Below, one piece after another: positions 1 through 12,014 of a stretch of 64,000 nucleotides of DNA. The notes beneath the pieces are model-generated. The model saw only the letters and a list, made by a program, of their open reading frames with translations, was not told the origin of the DNA and did no database searches. Every line of letters begins with the position of its first letter. Within the stretch, counting starts at the first letter, position 1. The translations under genes and the position numbers were made by a program. The stretch is from positions 18,126,210 to 18,190,209 of the forward strand of contig NC_134030.1 of NCBI RefSeq assembly GCF_964204645.1, read 5' to 3'. The DNA is from Tubulanus polymorphus (Eukaryota; Animalia; Nemertea).

Positions 1-221
1 ACACTACTGTTCGTCTTCCGCTAAGTGACTGAACTGCGCACTTTATCCGATCCCGCCCCCGTCACGTGATCTATTTGTATTTTTTTAGATACGTGGTAAT
101 GATGGTCATTTGTCCTGTGAAACTCATGAATATTAATGAGCTCATCGATCGCTTCCCGGAAGTCAGGCAAGCACTCGCGTGTCTGTATCGATTGTATTGT
201 AGTAGTATAGTATCCGTTTTG

Positions 222-308
222 GTTCCACTCTGAGTTCCACACGGGGTTCCACTCTGAGTTCCACTCTGAGTTTCACTCTGAGTTCCACACGGGGTTCCAC
301 AGGGTCCA
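222..308. repeat. Short tandem repeat of TTCCACTCTGAG / TTCCACACGGGG 12-mers
   Basis: About 7 copies of 12-bp units are directly visible. Confidence 0.7.
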
Positions 309-1132
309 CAGTTGTGAATTAAGATTTGACTATGAGTTAACTCATTGAAAATGAACTGATTTTAACCCAGATTATGACCAGTGATCCCAATAGTTAGATA
401 ATATGGCCCGAGTCCGTTATAAGTCGAAAATAGTGCCAGTGTAGTCGGCCATCTTGATTTTGGTCAGGTCAGTTTTTGGGACAGAATCACCGACGGGCCG
501 CCAGTCCGAATTGTATATGTTGTAGCAATAATACATTGAATTCTAACAGCTGCCGCGAAACGAAGCAGCGGCGGATCTAGGGACCCGAGAGACCAGGGCC
601 ACTCCCCCTCGAAGTACCGAGCGTTTATTTCTTATTTTCCCGAATACTGTTGCGCCCCGGCTTGAGAGTTTTGTGCAGCAATAATCTAATCATGAATTAG
701 TTCTAAAATGCAGGAAATTGCACCAATTTTGCACATGGAATTTTGAAATATTCTGGGGGATGATCCCCAGATTCCCTTGTCTTCGCGCCTAATACGGCGT
801 TCAAAATTTGTGCGCCCATGGTGCGCAATATGAGTGCTTTACATTAATCTCTAACAGCCAAATTAAATTTTGAATAAAGTGAATTGACGCGTCGATAATG
901 CTATATCCATTTGACAGTAATTCCATGCCATAAATGAATACCATTATCGTCAACCCGGACGATAAATTATTATAATCATTGTGAAAATATCCAATTATTT
1001 TCTAGTTTAGTTGAAATTACCAAATAAGATCAAAATCATCCACATCCCGATGGACCCGAGTTTTGAAGTTGGACAAAAATAAATAAAGAACATAAAATAT
1101 AGAGTCTTGAACTAGGGCTAAACACGAGTGTT

Positions 1133-1281
1133 TTGAAACAGGCCCTCCACTGGAGAACTATGAGTGTATTGAAACAGGCCCTCCGCTGGAGAACCATGAG
1201 TATTGAAACAGGCCCTCCGCTGGAGAACCATGAGTATTGAAATAGGCCCTCCGCTGGAGAACCATGAGTATTGAAACAGGC
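1133..1281. repeat. 34-bp minisatellite, ~4.3 copies
   Basis: Unit TTGAAACAGGCCCTCCGCTGGAGAACCATGAGTA starts at 1133, 1169, 1203, 1237 and 1271. Confidence 0.9.
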
Positions 1282-1736
1282 TACCTGAGATACCCTGTAC
1301 CCGTGGAGCACAACGGTCCAAACTAAAATGCAGTTAGAAAAATCTATTCACCTCACAGAAGGAGAGAACTTCCGCTTTATATGCGATTTTTATATCTGAA
1401 TTGCTATCGACTGATATTGCAGCTGTAAAATGAATACTCCCAAATCATGCTGATATAAATTCTATAGGAGGCCCGGAATCAAATGGGATTTTGGATTTGA
1501 AAAACTATCTAACTGCAGGGCGAATCGAGACAGGAACACAAGGAGCACACGTGTTCACGTCGAAATTTATCCCGTACCCTTTTGAAAATACAGCCCCCAA
1601 TAAGACAGCAATCCGCAGCGCGAGATTTAGCTTATATACCCTAAATGTCCCTCAAATGCCTAAAAATCGTGTGAGAATCTGACAATTATAGAAATGAAAA
1701 ATAGAATCCGAAATGTTTCCTTGAGCTAGTGTAGTT

Positions 1737-1780
1737 TATTCAACGTTTCGACTATATCCTAATAGTCATCTTCAGGAATA
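1737..1780 (-). ncRNA. Type I minimal hammerhead ribozyme (Penelope-associated type), copy 1
   Basis: Minus strand reads UAUUC-CUGAAGA-U-GACUAU-UAGGAU-AUAGUC-GAAA-CG-UU-GAAUA. Stem I is UAUUC/GAAUA, stem II is GACUAU/AUAGUC, and palindromic AACGUU replaces stem III. Confidence 0.85.
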
Positions 1781-1805
1781 CTGTATTCCTTGAGCTAGTG
1801 TAGTT

Positions 1806-1849
1806 TATTCAACGTTTCGACTATATCCTAATTGTCATCTTCAGGAATA
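1806..1849 (-). ncRNA. Type I minimal hammerhead ribozyme, copy 2
   Basis: Same motif with intact CUGAAGA/GAAA core and one mismatch in stem II. Copy 3 (1875-1917) has a mutated core (CCGAGGA) and copy 4 is truncated. Confidence 0.78.
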
Positions 1850-2058
1850 CTGTATTCCTTGAGCTAGTGTAGTTAATTCAACGTTTCGACTAATCCTAAT
1901 AGTCATCCTCGGGAATACTGTATTCCTTGAGCTAGTGTAGTCTATTCAGCGTTTCCACTATATCCTAATAGGTCAATCGATGGTATTTCATCATATTTTC
2001 AGATTTTATCACCTTTTCATCTTTTACCACCTTTTCATTATCTTTCAACGGTTGCCAA

Positions 2059-3078
2059 TAGCAACCATTCGATGATACTACTAACGCCATCTGTGCATAT
2101 AGAGGCTATCAATCCATCTATTTCTGGTAAAAAGTATGAGTTCCAATGTCTCTACTTCACACTCTGTTGTCGCGCTATAATCTTCGAATCCCAAACAGAT
2201 TGAATATGATCATGTTCGAGTCCCTTATTTAAATGTATTTCCTAATGAATTGTGATCATTTTTTGTAAATTTATCTAGAATGCCTGGATTCTGAGGCATT
2301 TTTGTTCCATTCATGACTTCTCGGGGTGCCTTTAATATTAATAAGAAATGCTTATTAATTTTTCTTAAGAAAAACTTTGCGTCAACAATTGTGATGCTTT
2401 ACACTCTTATTAGACTGTTGTGGGAATTTTATCACATATTCATAAAATTTTGACAATTCATGAATGACTCTTATCAGGAAAGATACTAACTAATCCTTTC
2501 TAAAACTGACAAAGCGAAAAATTCATTATCCTTATTGATTAACAAGCCAAATGATTTATGAATAGAATTGATAAATTTATTTGGACAATTCGCTTGTCAG
2601 CAAACAAGTGAAGGTGTTGCTAAAAATTTAAGATCATTTGCTATTTGACATTCTGGATTCGAGCCTTAGCTTAGCTTAGTCTCGACAAATTGTCAGAAGA
2701 CATTTCCAGAAAAAGCCTAATAGCACGCAACCTAATAGCTACGAGTAATCGAGATGATTACACGTAGCACGCACGAATGAACTAGTGCAACTGGCATTAT
2801 CAAAGTTCATGTAAATATGAATTTTCTCCTGGACCTGAACCAAAAAGTGCGATAAAACCTATACAAATACACGGTATGTCATGACGCCCGTGCATTCAAC
2901 GATTTCTCGACTAGGTTTCTCGATTTTCTAGGACTCAATGATTTCTCGATTTAGGCTACCCGACACTTATTATTACGCATGTGTTAGAGTTGCCCTATCT
3001 GCTATTCGCCTGAAATAGATGGATAGACACCTCTATATGCCGATAGATGGCGTTCGTAGTATCATCGAATGGTTGCTA
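2059..3078. mobile_element. MITE / non-autonomous DNA transposon (~1 kb) with ~70-bp imperfect TIRs
   Basis: TAGCAACCATTCGATGATACTAC at 2059 is the inverse of GTAGTATCATCGAATGGTTGCTA ending at 3078. The terminal TA may be the TSD. Confidence 0.85.
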
Positions 3079-3678
3079 GGGATCCCGATATGTTAGTGTA
3101 ACATTTCTTTGATCATAACTACTGGGATAGACTTTATAAACCACCGAGGTTTTTCTTAGCATTATGAGTTTTCCGGCTTGCTCGGCTACCCGTACTGGCG
3201 GGGTAGTCTACCCGTACTGGCGGGGTAGTTTAGAGAGGCCAATGAAATCGCCGGTTTGCTGAACTACCTCTCTTGGCCGGGATGCGGTATCATGATTGAT
3301 CTGACAGTTTCAAGTGGTTAATGGGTGTTTCAAGTGCTTATTACTTAATGTGGTACAAAAAAGATGTCATAATACCAATACGCTATACCGCTAGCTTCGT
3401 AGAAAGACCACTGCCTGTGGCCTTCCCAAATTTTGATTTTCCTGATCGATTTGATTTCGATTCCACATGTTTCACCTGAGCTATAGACCACAATGCTGAC
3501 ACCATGATGGTCAGTAACTGACCAATTGAGATATTCCCGAGTGTGAACACTTGAGCACACGAATTTCGATTTTTAAAGTCATCGTTTGTTTCCGAACTAC
3601 TGAGGTATCATCATTGCATATTCATAAATTGACCATCACTGTCCACCACTGACCAGGTGAAACTTCTCGAATATCGTG

Positions 3679-6055
3679 CGGTTCCTGAACTTCGCTGAAA
3701 AAGCTGAATCACTGAAACGCTGAAACGCTGAAATAAAAACGCTGAAATTTCAGGGAATTTCCGAAAAACGCCGAAATTTCAGGGAATTCCCGAAAAACGC
3801 TGAAATCGTGCTAGGTACCAACAATACACGTTTTGAAATATTTTCCGGGCCGGTGTCCGCTGCCGAGTCCTGAACCGTGTTTTAGTCTCTACCTTCGGTT
3901 ACAGAGACATGCATGGACAGTATGTGTGGAGTATACTTCTAGAGGGCCACTTGTTGGACAAATTAATTCGCTTGAAATCCGGATTTTTAATGCATACAGG
4001 CAGCATAATGAGGAAAAACCATTCACAAACCGTGCAAGCCAACTTAAACACTATGCTCAATATTCCCTGCAAGACGCAAAATATCTTATTTGAACGTTCA
4101 TGTATAAAACATGCAGCAACTTTTCTTTTGTCAACACGTTGATGGGCGACGGACTATGTCACTATGGTATTCTCTGAAGGAGGTAAATTAAATTTGACGG
4201 CTAGTTATATAAATGATGCAGCTTTTGGACAAAAGGGATCTAACTAAATTTCTTTTTAATTCACTGTGGAATGGAATGGAATGGATTGACGCCAATGGCA
4301 TGCAGTAGGCCCCTACGTATGGGTCATACTGATTAGCGTCAACCAATTAATCTAAATCGGGCTAACCATTCAACAACTGTGAATAATTTGTTTGCTGTGG
4401 CGTGATAATAATTAGTTTTTTTGAAGAAATGACATACCAACTGTTAGAAAAATGTACCGATTCTTATTTTTAGACTACTACTGAATCTATAAAAGGAGGA
4501 GTCATAGACAAAGTTGATTTGCTTAGCTGGTGACACTTCTTGTCAAGTACATCATCTCAAGTACTGGGTGTTTTGTAAGTTTAATTTCAGTATTTATTTA
4601 CTAAGTGCTGTTCTCTCGGACCTCAGTGCTTTCAAACTAGGCCCACCCCATAGGCTATATAGTCCAGGGTGCATTAGCCACTATTCTTTTATATCCGACT
4701 AAAATGCACCTTTTTCTATTTTTAGATTCAGGCTTAGAATGTGCAAATTTTTTGAGATACTGAGAAATCAGATGGCACCAGTAAACTTCAACTGCGAAAT
4801 TTGCAGCAGGATAGCTGAACGACACAATTTTTAAAAATAAAATGGCTATTCGAATGCTATTTCAATAATAACTTGATTCAACCTGAGAGAAATAAGTCAA
4901 TTGCGGATGTACAGTACACCCACTTTTCTTCCCTGTTTCCTGGTACCAAATTTTTAGTCTTAAGCTAAGCGATATTCTAAGGTATACTAGTGGATTTCAT
5001 TAGAATATGAAGCAATGGAACCAGAATTCTAGCCAGAGTTAAGCGAACTATTGATTCTGATATAATGTAAGAACTGATTTCCTTTGTATACTCTTGCAGA
5101 ATGTGTTATGTTTTATTTCAAGCTGTTAAATAATATAGTTAGACAAATGTCCAATTATTGGATCTTTCTTGTTGACTCGTTTAATTTTGTGAGTTAAGAG
5201 TTCCAGTCAATCCACAATGTGCAGTGCCTAGCCTTCATCTACACTAAAGCCAAGCCTGTGTATGGGAAAAAAATATCGTTCGACTCCTATAGGCCAGACA
5301 CATCAAAGCATGCAATACATTGCAGATAGTAGTCTCCGGCAAGTCGAAAGAGAAAGTGAACCAGGTTTTACCCCGTACCCTACCCGGGAACAAAGACACT
5401 TAAAGATTCCTTCCTCCTTGTAGAAATTGTAGAAATATGGCACCCAATTGTAGCAATGCTAAGTACAGTATACTATGACGGTTGAACCTTTCTTAACGAA
5501 TTTCAATGACACCGAAAATAGAATCAAAATAATCATTAGTTCCATGCTAGCACTTAATTTGGGTTATCAGGTTCAGCCTAACTGTACTTTCATTCAGCTA
5601 CTACTTGTATGAGACTTGGTAATGATAAGTTGCAAGAAATCACCAAACATAAGAAAAAATATTGTGAATTAATATTACTGTGATTAAGAATTTATTCAAA
5701 TGAAGTGATAACTTCATTGTTAGATCGTACCGGTATATGCACATAAAACTATGGCAAAAAACACATCTAACAATCCACGCAATCCGCAATCGATCAAGTC
5801 GATCATGACGACGACCTTAAGGCATGTCTCTGTAACCGAAGGTAGAGCATAAAACACGGTTCAGGACTCATCAGCGGACACCGGCCCGGAAAAAATTTCA
5901 AAACGTGTATTGTATGTACCTAGCACGATTTCAGCGTTTTTCGGGAATTCCCTGAAATTTCGGCGTTTTTCGGAAATTCCCTGAAATTTCAGCGTTTTTA
6001 TTTCAGCGTTTCAGCTTTTCAGTGTTTCAGCTTTTTCAGCGAAGTTCAGGAACCG
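3679..6055. mobile_element. Non-autonomous Mutator-like element (MULE) with ~235-bp TIRs and 9-bp TSD
   Basis: TIRs CGGTTCCTGAACTTCGCTGAAAAAGCTG... at 3679-3912 and ~5822-6055 contain repeated GCTGAAA motifs. AATATCGTG is duplicated at 3670-3678 and 6056-6064. No transposase ORF inside. Confidence 0.88.
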
Positions 6056-7718
6056 AATATCGTGGTCGAATTCGAAAGTGCTTGTCGTCGTATTGATCAG
6101 CAGGATGTTTTGCTACTGTTTGTGAATAGCGTCGACATGATGGAAATATATTACTCCTAAATAGGTTACCCATCTCGATCACAGCACCTCACTTGCCGCA
6201 GTGCGTTATTTTCACTGCATAGTAATGCTAATACATAAACGTTTTTACTACTTGACCCGAATCATCTGAACAGTACTGCGTTTGAAAACTCAACGAATAG
6301 AAAATGTTTGCGGGAAGCACCTACAAATAAGTCACGACAAGATTAAATCTATGGTTAAAATCGATGCTTGAAAAGCAATTAAATCACAAGATGACTAACA
6401 CTCGTCTTTCAAGCAACAGTTGTCCTTTAGACTTGGCCACTTTTGTTTCAGAAAACTGCGTAGACCAGCGGTCACCAAGGCATTAAACCATTCCTTCAAG
6501 TTTTGAAAATTCGATGGTGACGATATTTCCGTCAAAAAAATGTTATGTTAATATTTCAAGATGACATTGAGGGTCTTATGAAACACTATCATGGGTTCTT
6601 TTTAAATCTAAAATAGCATAAAAACATCTGTGTTTCGTTATAAACAAGGTTAAATTCCAAACATGAAATATGGAGCCTGTATCACACGATAAACACATCT
6701 AGAATTTTATCTAACTAGGCCCTTTCTAAATGGCAATTGTTCAGTTTTTTTAACGGCCGACATTCAGAGGCTCATAAAAACCGGTGGTAGCGCTTGGGAT
6801 TTTCAGTGTAGGGCACATCTCACATCGCCTCGGGCTCGCGGTCGGTTGTTTAATGGGAACACATCTGGTTGACACTAGTTTCACAGTTGACGAATTCAGA
6901 AAACTTTCATCAAATGTCATTGATAACATTTTAAACATACTATTCTTCTTAATTACATTTCGCTGATTCCATGGATATTTTTTTATGAAAATTACTCCAG
7001 TTATAACGGATTTAAACATAAAATCATTATTTTCAAAATATTCAATTTTCTCGCCAAGGTATCGCTAAGGAGCCAGTCCGTGGTGGCTATTGAATGCGAC
7101 GACCGCATATGAATGCATTGATTGAATCTCAAAAGTCAGATTATATGAAATTGATACATGGATAGGTTATTCCATATATACTGGTGCCCAATATATGATA
7201 TAAATGTTCAATCAAAAAGTAGCAACTGAATCCATAATTCAGTCTGGTATTGTTATCCTCTGTTGGTAGCCAGTGTAGATGAGCAAGTATCGTGGTCCCT
7301 GATTTTAGTTATCGTAATAATTCAAGCCACGCGATTTCGAACTGTTCAACAAGTTGGAGTTTGTGTAAAGATGAATGAATTTAAAATGGAGTGGAATGTC
7401 TATTAATATTTGTATTGATCATGAAAAATTGTAGTTAAATATTTGACTCTACGGTTGGTTTTAGATTGTATTTCTCCACGCCAGAGGTAATCACGGATAT
7501 CGGACTACAAAGAAATTCCTTGTGTAAAGCTCAACTATATCTCAATGATGATTAAACATTAATTTTCTCAAAAATTCTCCCCTTCGAAAACCTAAACAAC
7601 CAATGTACGCTTGCTTTAAGTTTGCCAATGGACTATTGTTGCCTTTTCTAGCTATTGTACTGTTTGCCGCAAAAAAGATTGCGTCCTCTATTACAGGAAT
7701 TAAGGATATAGCTGCTCT

Positions 7719-8055
7719 GGGACCAGTTTCTCAAAAGTTAGTTTAAATTAACCATTATACATGACCGAAAACACCATTAATATGAAAAAGATCCACTATG
7801 TACACATTTCAAATTTCAAACCAAGTTTTATCATTAGAAAATAACGACACAACGTTCGATCTCTCACTAGAGATAATCCTTTTGAATTTGTGCACAGTGG
7901 GTTTTCGTATCGTATTATCGTATTATCAATTCTCCTCATTTGAGTGTGACTATTCTACAAGTATAAAGTTATTTTAGCAACGTTTAGCGAGTTTTAATTG
8001 TCATCATAAATGTTAACTATCCACCGGTAAACTTACTAACTTTTGGCAACTGACC
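7719..8055. mobile_element. Degenerate MITE with Harbinger-like ends
   Basis: GGGACCAGTTTCTCAAAAGTTAG at the left versus CTAACTTTTGGCAACTGACC at the right (imperfect inverted repeat). Confidence 0.4.
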
Positions 8056-8624
8056 TTAGATCGAGGAATGGTATCCGGTGGCCTGCTGATCCACTGATTT
8101 ACTTACACTGCTAAAGAAATATACAGTATAAGACGTAAATAGTCTAGAATATAGAAGTACTATTTAGCTTTATATCGCGATAATTTGTGTACGTAGAGTC
8201 TCGTGGTACTTATGATTATTGTGTATAGAATCGATAATTAGCAACCCTCCACGGATACGAAGCGGTCTAAGTTTACATCCTACCATAATTTTCCTCGAAA
8301 CTCTCACCATTATTTCAAGGGTCGGTCTTATATGAAGAAAATATATGAAGGACGTGTTCACAGGTTAACGAGGCCAAAAATCTTCCCCAAAATTTCAAAT
8401 TTTCACGAGCAAAGATAATATACTTCATGCTTTTGTGCAAAAAACGCATGTCCACAAATCGCACTTTGTGTTTTCAAAATATCGATTGAGTGTGGAATTG
8501 TTTCGAATTCAGGGATCTCCCATTAACACTCCGGTATTTTTCAATAAGATAAGTCAAACTATTGTTGTGATCAGATGGCCAGTTGAATACTTCTTCATTA
8601 TATTGAACGATATGTTATACCATT

Positions 8625-9050
8625 TGAATAGTTGTTAGATTAAAGCCCACACCATATCTAATTATTTGACACCAATCACGACTGTGTTGATTTTAAAATA
8701 GACAAATTAATTTAAGGTCAGTATTGGTCAAAAATTGGTCAGTTAAATAGTTGTTAGATCATATCCCGCACCGTATCTAGTAGCTCGACGCCCAAACACG
8801 ATTTTATTGCTTTATTAAACATATAAATTACTTATGGTGGGTTCTAGTTAGTGGTAACTGGTCAGTACTGGTCAAGCATTGGTCAGTTAAACAATTTTTA
8901 GATTAATGCCCACATCATATCTAGTTATTTGACACCAAACAACTAAATTATTTGCAAAACAGATAATTTACTAAATATGGTACTGGTCATGCATTGGTCA
9001 GTTTATAGACCAAGGTCCACGCTACGAGTTATTTGATACCAAACATGATT
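8625..9050. repeat. Degenerate ~120-140-bp tandem repeat (3-4 copies)
   Basis: Recurring TTGTTAGAT...CCCACACCATATCTA.TTATTTGACACCAA... and TGGTCAG blocks. Confidence 0.65.
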
Positions 9051-9374
9051 GGATTGTGTCGTTTCGGAAAATTTATCTGTTGGGCAATTTGTGGTCAGCC
9101 CTGGTTCGTAAGGTTCTTATTTTGCGGGTATTATGTCTCGAACACCGAAAGACTGAATTACATGGAAATGAAGATCAGTGTTTAACTAATAGTCCTTAGT
9201 CTGAATAAAATGTCTCTGGTATGGGTGCTATAGTGCTTACTGTATCTAATTCTTTTTATTTTCACTACCACCGTAATTGACTATGATGTTTTCATGATGT
9301 CTTAAAATAGCCGAAAGTCGTTGATTTATGCGATATTTACATACAGCGCCACCAGTTGGTAGTAAAACTAACCA

Positions 9375-9592
9375 GAGCAATACGCTAGCAAACCGGCATT
9401 CTCATAATGCCCAGAAATTGGCCATGGATAGTCGGACCTCGTGTTCACTGAGAACTTTAGTGTCAGTGGTATATCGCTAACTATGGTTCACGCGAGCTCT
9501 TTAGTATAGGCAGTATACGGAGCTCCGCGAACCGGCCATTCCCAGGACTGGGTGAAACCTCGTGGCGAGCTGACGGTCGGTGGGTTCGAGTC
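9375..9592 (+). ncRNA. Candidate tRNA-derived structured RNA or SINE head, 3'-truncated
   Basis: A-box-like TAGCAAACCGG (9386-9396), B-box GGTTCGAGTC (9583-9592) and several nested stems between them. Confidence 0.35.
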
Positions 9593-11854
9593 GGGACTCT
9601 TAACCTAGAGTTAAGCAGCCATTTTTATCTCTGAGTTAAGGATTTAACTCTAGTCTGACCCTGGGTTAATATATTTTTTTTAAATATTGACCAAATTTCC
9701 ATACCACAATCATTTACAGTGTTATGTAAAACCCCAAATGAAAATAGATAGTACTTTTTACGATTAAATTTAGGAACTAATATGTAGATAGATATTGTAT
9801 TACTACTTTTATACTATATTTCTTCATAGAAATTTCCAAACTGCGATAATGTCACCACAGAGTATTTGAAAAGTTTGTGAAATTAAAATATTTTGTTGAA
9901 TTTTGCTCCGAATTCAAATTTGGAGGAATTTTACCAGGGGATACTACTTACCAGTTACCAAATTTAATATCATCAATAACCTCTAACATTTACCTAATTA
10001 GTGTCGAAAAACGAAAACTTGAAATTTCTAATACGTGCACATTTTTTTGATGATTTGATACTCAAGTCTGCATTAATTGTATGACAGAAAACTCATGGCA
10101 TTGGTTATTGAAATTGTCCAATCATCTTTTCCACACACTCTTCACCAATTACAAGTAGAACCGAATCTTATTTAAAAATAAGTGTTTGTGATATATGTTC
10201 TCATATGTAGCCCTTGTTCATCAGCGGCATGTGCAACATGGTTTTCATCTACTACTAGTTCATAATTCACTGCATCTTCATCCCTGAAAACCTCTTTATT
10301 CATTATTGCGAAATTATGCAATACTGCACATGCTGTTATAACCTTTCATGCTTTTGTAGGAGCTAATCTTAATTCACCATGTAAACAGTGAAATCTTCTC
10401 TTTAGCCATCCAAATGTTCTCTCTATAGTTGACCTGGTTTGTTTATGAGATCTATTAAAGTTATGTTGTTGCAGTCCATTACAATTCAAGTATGGTGTAA
10501 TGAGGTGTTGTTTTAAGGCATATCCGCTATCCCCAAGCAAGTGACCTTTGTAAGGGGTTATATTCAAGTATCTAAAATGTAAGATTATAATTGATTAATT
10601 AAAATACATGGATTTTTTATATTGAAGTTAGAGTAGACATTTTCTATTTAGTAACCTATTGCATTTTGCGAAGTTTATTAGGCTTAAATAACCAATCGGG
10701 GCTATGCCAACAACGGCTGAAGCAATATTAAGCACTTTAGTTATATTCAACTCCTTGTAGGCCAATATTGCTTTTACATTTACTACGCGGCCATTAATTT
10801 CTCAATACGTTACCTGGCAAGCGAAGAGGCTCTGCAGATGAAGCTATCGTGACAACTTCCTGGCCATTGTGCAACGATATTCGTAAATAATCCTGAAAAT
10901 GAAATGAATGTTCTTAAAGCATAAGCTAAAAAGTATGAATATCTTACCAAAATCCCTCCCCCTCCCTTAGCCGGAGCTCAGACCAAATTCCAAAATCTTC
11001 TAAAGTATATATTTCGAATCTTGTTATTTGCGAGTCAATTAAATATCTATTTTTTGTACCAATAAATTTGCGGTGTGTAAATGTATATGCTTACATATCT
11101 TACTATAGATATTAAACTTACCATCGGCATTGCAAACAGCCTGCACATTGATACTATGGTATCCCTTTCCATTAACATAGTCGGCTTCATTCTCATTTGG
11201 TCCCTGTATTCGTATGTGCGTTCCATCGATGCACCCAATTATACCAGGAAATTGCGATATCAGATAAAAGTCCGCTTTCGTTTTTGCGATTTCAATATTT
11301 GACGTGGGAAATTTTATAAACTCATTCTTCAACGAGCATAGAGCATTGGTCACTTCGCTTATACATCTTGACACCGTCGATTTGCTCACCCCAAAACTAT
11401 CAGCAATCACTTCTAAGAAGGATCCACTTGCGTAAAAGCGCAATGCTATCAGAAGTTTGTTTTTTTTTGGTTAAAGGTAGACCACGTTTCGAATCTCTGT
11501 CAACGAGATGGTGTGATAACAGACCGTAAAGTCGCTCAATGCCTGCTAAACTAAATCTATATCGGTGGTAGCATTCATCATCTGTTAAAATACGTTCTAT
11601 CCTCGAGGAATATGACTTTTCCTTAGCTTGTCGCCCAGCCATCAAGTAGAAAGCAGGCATTTTTATCTCTGAGTTAAGGATTTAACTCTAGTCTGACCCT
11701 GGGTTAAAATTTAACTTTTTTCCAATTTTAACCCTAGGGTCAAATCTAACCGAAAACTATGGAACAGATTTGACCCTAGGGTTAAAATTTGACGGGGGGT
11801 TAAGGAATTTGACCCTAGGGTTAAAATTTAACCCACAACTATGGAACCGGGTCC
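9593..11854 (-). mobile_element. PIF/Harbinger DNA transposon, rearranged or incomplete
   Basis: Contains a Harbinger transposase. One end reads GGACCCGGTTCCATAG (minus strand, at ~11854) with subterminal ACCCTAGGGT palindromes. A 57-bp subterminal block is repeated at 9613-9669 and 11651-11707. Confidence 0.75.
10168..11660 (-). pseudogene. PIF/Harbinger (HARBI1-like, DDE_Tnp_4) transposase pseudogene, 3 exons: 11660-11122, 10892-10814, 10571-10168
   Basis: Motifs LRFYASG, GCIDGTH, WPGSCHDS, LLGDSGY, IERTFGWLKRRF and ACAVLHN. GT-AG introns join the exons in frame. There is a frameshift in the T-run at ~11460-11468 and a premature TGA at 10346-10348. Confidence 0.92.
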
Positions 11855-12014
11855 TGGTATTTATATAGAATAAGACGAAGCTAATTACAAACAATTTCAA
11901 ATTACTGAGTGACAGGATAATCATAATATAAAGATAATAAATTACACGCAATCTAAATTACTGAGTGAAGATATTTGACTAGTAGTTAATTATCTAACAA
12001 CATTAAGAATAAAA

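Larger units (their letters stand above)
1717..1971 (-). repeat. 69-bp tandem repeat (~3.7 copies), each unit carrying a minimal hammerhead ribozyme motif
   Basis: Unit TTCCTTGAGCTAGTGTAGTTTATTCAACGTTTCGACTATATCCTAATAGTCATCTTCAGGAATACTGTA is repeated; the minus strand has the hammerhead core. Confidence 0.92.

Noticed and set aside
5855-5885. CTGATGAGTCC on the minus strand in the MULE right TIR as a hammerhead core
   Set aside because: No closing stem II or GAAA follows, and the left TIR lacks the motif.
6750-7019. Minus-strand ORF with RRCEMC resembling a piggyBac cysteine-rich tail
   Set aside because: Other cysteines and DDD motifs are not recognisable, and no TTAA-flanked TIRs were found.
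7845-7885. Hammerhead-like remnant (GATCTCTCACTAGAGAT stem next to CAACGTTCG)
   Set aside because: The CUGAnGA core is missing and GAAA is reduced, so at most it is a dead relic.
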